A stretch of DNA of 17,156 bases from a virus (taxonomy: Duplodnaviria > Heunggongvirae > Uroviricota > Caudoviricetes): IMG/VR virus record IMGVR_UViG_3300043447_000028, positions 1 through 17,156 of that record, one strand, 5' to 3'. Under the pieces are notes generated by a model. The model had not been told where the DNA came from. It saw nothing but the letters and a program-made list of their open reading frames with translations, and searched no databases. The number at the start of each line of letters is the position of its first letter. The first letter of the stretch is position 1. Both the position numbers and the translations under genes were made by a program. This document shows positions 13,847 through 17,156 of the stretch, piece after piece.

Positions 13847-15475
13847 TTATGCGTATCGTGCTCGACTATCAACATATCTTGTAGCTGACGAATCTTGGTT
13901 ACGAATCGGAGCACGGATATTTTGATTTTGAGTAGTGTTGTTGTTGACAGGTGCATTAACAACAGTAGTGCCACCAGCTTGTTGAGTAGGAACAGCAGCT
14001 GCAGCATTGTCAGCAGATTTTTGATCAACTGTAGAAGCAGAAGTAGGTTTAGGTGCTTCTGGTGTTTTAGAACTACCACCTTCACTCTTAAATGGATAGA
14101 ATGGACCAATAGCCACTTCTTTACCGATAACAGGAATCTTGAATTTGATTTCTGGGATACCGATACTTTGAACAAGAGATAAGAAGCTATCTTTAAGAGA
14201 TGTAGCAAAGTCTACGAATGGTTTAACTACATGGTCATTAACCCACCCTGCCATATCACCGATAACTTCTTTGATGGCTTCTTTATCGAATAGACCGAAT
14301 GTCAAGAAGTCCACGATACCAGCAAGTCCAGCGATAAGTGCTTTACCGATGTCACCAGTTTCCATAAACTCATCGAATCCATCCATAATACCTTCGAATA
14401 GAGCACCAACTATCATACCGATGGCGAATACTTTACCAAGAGCCTTCAGAATGTTCTTAGGGTTAAACAGAGCCTTCAAACCTTTCATAAAACCATCACC
14501 AAGAAGACTTGTGATCCAGTCTAATAGACCATCAAACATTCCACCCTTCTTCTCTTCTGGTTTAACTTTTTCAGCATTACCCTTTCCACCAGCACGAGTA
14601 TTTTCTTCAATTTTATTAAGAAGTTCAGACATCTGCTCTTGAGTTCTAGCAGATTCCATTTGAGCTTCTTCGTTTTGAGTGCCTTCTGCTGCAGTCTGTG
14701 TTGGCGTCTTAGCAGCTGCTGGGTTTAGAGACATAACTGGAGTTGGACTGAATACATTGGTTGCCACATCAGTAGCACCATAAGCATCAGTTAACATATT
14801 CTTTTTCTCTAACAGAGCCTTACCTGCTTGCGTGTTAGACATCTGCTCATCATTTAGACCAGTCTTCTTCTTAAACTTTTCAATCTCAGCATCGTGTGCC
14901 TTGATGTCTTTAGATGCTTTGTATGCACGTTCAGCGTTTTCGTTACTATCATCACCACCAAGAGCACGTTGTTTTTCTCTAAACTTACTCTTTTCGATAG
15001 CTTTATTGAAGATACCACCGACGTTTAGAGCACCCATAACTGTGCGCCCTAACCCACCACCGAGACCTCCACCTAGCTTTTCCTTCAATCCTTCTTTCTT
15101 CTGCTTGAAAGATTCTTTCATTTGGCTAAACACGCTACCTTGTGTATCCATGAGTTTAGCCATCTCAGCGATATTTGCTGATTCGATACGCCACTCACGT
15201 TCATAGTCTTCTTGTTGTTTGGCTCTGCGCTTGGTAGTCTTCAGTTGATCTTCTAAAGTGGACAGAATTCTTTCTTGAAGATCTCCCCCACCACCAGAAG
15301 TCATCTGTCTGGTCTTTTCAGTATCCTTGGACAACTCTAGCAATTTCTTAATTGAAGAAAGTTCTCCGAGAGAAGCCTCTTGTGCAGCAAGTAACGCACT
15401 GAAACCCTCATTGGTAGAGGCAGTGTTTTGTCTAATACTTGAATTGACTGAACTGTTACTTGTTCTTTTTGGCAT
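13847..15475 (-). CDS. Probable tape-measure/baseplate-hub (gp29-like) protein
   Basis: 542 aa; helical coiled-coil N-terminus, Gly-rich amphipathic middle, low-complexity C-terminus; directly downstream of gp26/gp51-like genes. Confidence 0.6.
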   Translation of the reverse strand: MPKRTSNSSVNSSIRQNTASTNEGFSALLAAQEASLGELSSIKKLLELSKDTEKTRQMTSGGGGDLQERILSTLEDQLKTTKRRAKQQEDYEREWRIESANIAEMAKLMDTQGSVFSQMKESFKQKKEGLKEKLGGGLGGGLGRTVMGALNVGGIFNKAIEKSKFREKQRALGGDDSNENAERAYKASKDIKAHDAEIEKFKKKTGLNDEQMSNTQAGKALLEKKNMLTDAYGATDVATNVFSPTPVMSLNPAAAKTPTQTAAEGTQNEEAQMESARTQEQMSELLNKIEENTRAGGKGNAEKVKPEEKKGGMFDGLLDWITSLLGDGFMKGLKALFNPKNILKALGKVFAIGMIVGALFEGIMDGFDEFMETGDIGKALIAGLAGIVDFLTFGLFDKEAIKEVIGDMAGWVNDHVVKPFVDFATSLKDSFLSLVQSIGIPEIKFKIPVIGKEVAIGPFYPFKSEGGSSKTPEAPKPTSASTVDQKSADNAAAAVPTQQAGGTTVVNAPVNNNTTQNQNIRAPIRNQDSSATRYVDSRARYA

Positions 15476-15477
15476 CT

Positions 15478-15621
15478 TTATCTCTTCTTAGATTCTAATC
15501 GTTGTTTTTCTTCTTCTAGATACTGAATTAACATGTGCACATAAATTTCACGTTCAAACGGAATCATTGTTTCCAACTCTTCCAAAGAATACTTGTGGTA
15601 CTGCATCAGAGCGAAGTTCAT
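15478..15621 (-). CDS. gp51: gp51-like baseplate hub assembly protein (short ORF; possibly the C-terminal part of a frameshift fusion)
   Basis: 'NFALMQYHKYSLEELETMIPFEREIYV.ML.QYLEEE'. The first ATG is at 15621, but the frame stays open upstream through the end of gp26. Confidence 0.8.
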   Translation of the reverse strand: MNFALMQYHKYSLEELETMIPFEREIYVHMLIQYLEEEKQRLESKKR

Positions 15622-15659
15622 TTTATAGTAATTTACTAAACTCTCATGACACAGGTTTA

Positions 15660-16382
15660 TTAAAAAAAACTTTGCATGCCCTCCAGGGCTGCTGTGTGGT
15701 GTTTGCCACAAATAGGGCAATCATACTCAACCACTTTTCTAATCTTAGGCATAGTGGTAAAGAATGTTTGCAGATTCTTAAACTGCTCAGAAGTCAGATT
15801 ACCCAAAAACTGGAGAATGTCTTCTTTGCTCTGTTCTGCTGCGTAGTGTAGATCGTCACCTTGATAGATGATGTCAACACAGTCAGCGATAACATCGAAA
15901 ATAGCATCGATGTCTTCTGTATCTAATTGCTCTAGCTTAGCTAGAACTTTCATAGAAGGATATTTCATCACAACACCTACGTCATCGAACAATTCGATCT
16001 TGTTGGTATGTCCTTCTGGTTTCTCGACTTCTAACTTAGAGATATCGATAGAGATCTTTACCTTAGCCTTGTCGTTATCTTCACCATGATCCATATCACA
16101 TGGGAACAAAAGTTCAACAGTTTCACCGACAGACTTAGCACGAATCTGAGTAAAGATATACTCAATATCGAATATCGCTAATTTATCTACATCAATCTTA
16201 TCAGTTACGCATCCCTTAATAACACCCTTCAGAGTATCGACCATAACATTAAGGTCTTCTGATTGTTGGGCGATAAGAAGAGCCTTCTCTTCTTTCACTA
16301 GGAATGGTCTAAATTTTACATTCAATCCACTTGATGGCACTTTCAAACTATATGTCGGTGTTGCCATTACTGGTAAAGCCAT
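15660..16382 (-). CDS. gp26: gp26-like baseplate hub subunit/assembly protein
   Basis: 'VKFRPFLVKEEKALL', 'DIEYIF.QIRAKSVGE', 'MKYPS', 'FF.TMPK', 'CPICG' and 'LEGMQSFF'; AAGGAG RBS. Confidence 0.88.
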   Translation of the reverse strand: MALPVMATPTYSLKVPSSGLNVKFRPFLVKEEKALLIAQQSEDLNVMVDTLKGVIKGCVTDKIDVDKLAIFDIEYIFTQIRAKSVGETVELLFPCDMDHGEDNDKAKVKISIDISKLEVEKPEGHTNKIELFDDVGVVMKYPSMKVLAKLEQLDTEDIDAIFDVIADCVDIIYQGDDLHYAAEQSKEDILQFLGNLTSEQFKNLQTFFTTMPKIRKVVEYDCPICGKHHTAALEGMQSFF

Positions 16383-16384
16383 AA

Positions 16385-16801
16385 TTACTCTCCTTGCATT
16401 TTCTTGATCATTTTGTTTAATTCAGCAGTGCTACCCACGAAGATAGCATTGTTGGTCACTTTATCACCACCAGTCTTAGCTACACCCTTTGGTGCATCTA
16501 GCTTGGCTTTTTGCTGGTGAATGTCCATCAATTGTTGGTTCACATCAGCTAGTTGTTTCATTAAGTTGCCCACCACCTCGAAGGCACGTGGGTGTTCAGA
16601 TTGTTTTGCTACTTCTAACGCATGGGTCAAAGCAGCCTGTCCTGTAGTCAGCAACTCACGAAGATTGTTTCGAGTGACATCATAGTCGTTCTCGATTCTA
16701 TCATTAGACTCAGGAATTACTTCACCGTCTTTCGCAATCACTTCAGTCTTCGACATCGGAGCGACATCGAAGATCTCTGATAAAGAATCATCAAGTTTCA
16801 T
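16385..16801 (-). CDS. gp16: Terminase small subunit (T4 gp16-like)
   Basis: 'NDYD.TRNNL', 'SEHPRAFEV', 'LADVNQQLMD' and 'TNNAIFVGSTAEL'. Confidence 0.88.
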   Translation of the reverse strand: MKLDDSLSEIFDVAPMSKTEVIAKDGEVIPESNDRIENDYDVTRNNLRELLTTGQAALTHALEVAKQSEHPRAFEVVGNLMKQLADVNQQLMDIHQQKAKLDAPKGVAKTGGDKVTNNAIFVGSTAELNKMIKKMQGE

Positions 16802-16806
16802 ATTGT

Positions 16807-17156
16807 TTAATCGTTTCTAGTGTTTCTAGTTGGTGGGTCACTTGGATCAAGTCCGAGTGGCGCTGCTGCAACTGGAGTTGGGGTTGACATAACTGGTCTT
16901 GGGATTGGTGCTGGCGCAGATACGCTAGGTGCTGGAGAGATGCTTGGTGTTGTTGCTGCACCGCCATTGTTTGCTCCTGCGATCTTTTCTTGTGTACGAC
17001 CCATTGCTGCGATACCTAGAACAGCACCCATAGCTACGTGGAATAAACCTGCACCTTGTAGAGTTAGTGGTTGCCATTGTGTAATTGGTTGCTTGAGTAA
17101 AGTTTGAGCTAAACTCCAGAGAATAGGGAACACTATAAAGTCAGCTGTACAAGTAG
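16807..17156 (-). CDS. 3-TM holin (GTA_holin_3TM-like), 5' truncated by window edge
   Basis: Frame is open to the edge (..CTADFIVFPILW..). 'WQPLTLQGAGLFHVAMGAVLG...GRTQEK' followed by a Pro/Ala-rich tail. Confidence 0.7.
   Translation of the reverse strand, partial: TCTADFIVFPILWSLAQTLLKQPITQWQPLTLQGAGLFHVAMGAVLGIAAMGRTQEKIAGANNGGAATTPSISPAPSVSAPAPIPRPVMSTPTPVAAAPLGLDPSDPPTRNTRND

Noticed and set aside
15622-15720. Independent 80-aa gp51 starting at 15720
   Set aside because: The start is deep inside gp26 with no RBS; the open frame is better explained by the frameshift model or the ATG at 15621.
13895-17107. Plus-strand ORFs at 13895, 14271, 15567, 15868 and 16820, and the ORF at 14832
   Set aside because: They overlap strong minus-strand genes and show shadow-type composition (Ser/Pro/Ile or Gly/Ala rich) with no RBS or motifs.

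Overview
A 17.2 kb segment of a T4-like myophage genome, with a Gram-negative (probably proteobacterial) host inferred from the OMP, the GH19 lysin and the tmRNA tag style. The plus strand (1-13800) carries nucleotide and DNA-repair enzymes, two 2OG-Fe(II) oxygenases, phoH, a GH19 endolysin, an exonuclease, an outer-membrane beta-barrel, GroES, a SleB-type hydrolase, ClpP, an early-promoter cassette of unknown genes, and the core genes gp33, gp59 and gp32. A bidirectional terminator separates this from a convergent minus-strand structural block: tape-measure/hub-like protein, gp51-like, gp26-like, gp16, and a partial 3-TM holin. Main observations not shown by the ORF track: (1) a complete circularly permuted (two-piece) tmRNA gene, tag ANDSVYALAA, within about 3 kb of groES and clpP; (2) a U-UUU-UUU slippery site that would fuse gp26-like to gp51-like by a -1 frameshift just upstream of the tape-measure-like gene; (3) an H-type pseudoknot with T4 gene-32-like geometry in front of an unknown 92-aa gene; (4) three sigma70 promoters placed to give leaderless mRNAs; (5) an unlisted 59-aa secreted peptide. 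All family assignments come from motif recognition by eye; no database searches were run.
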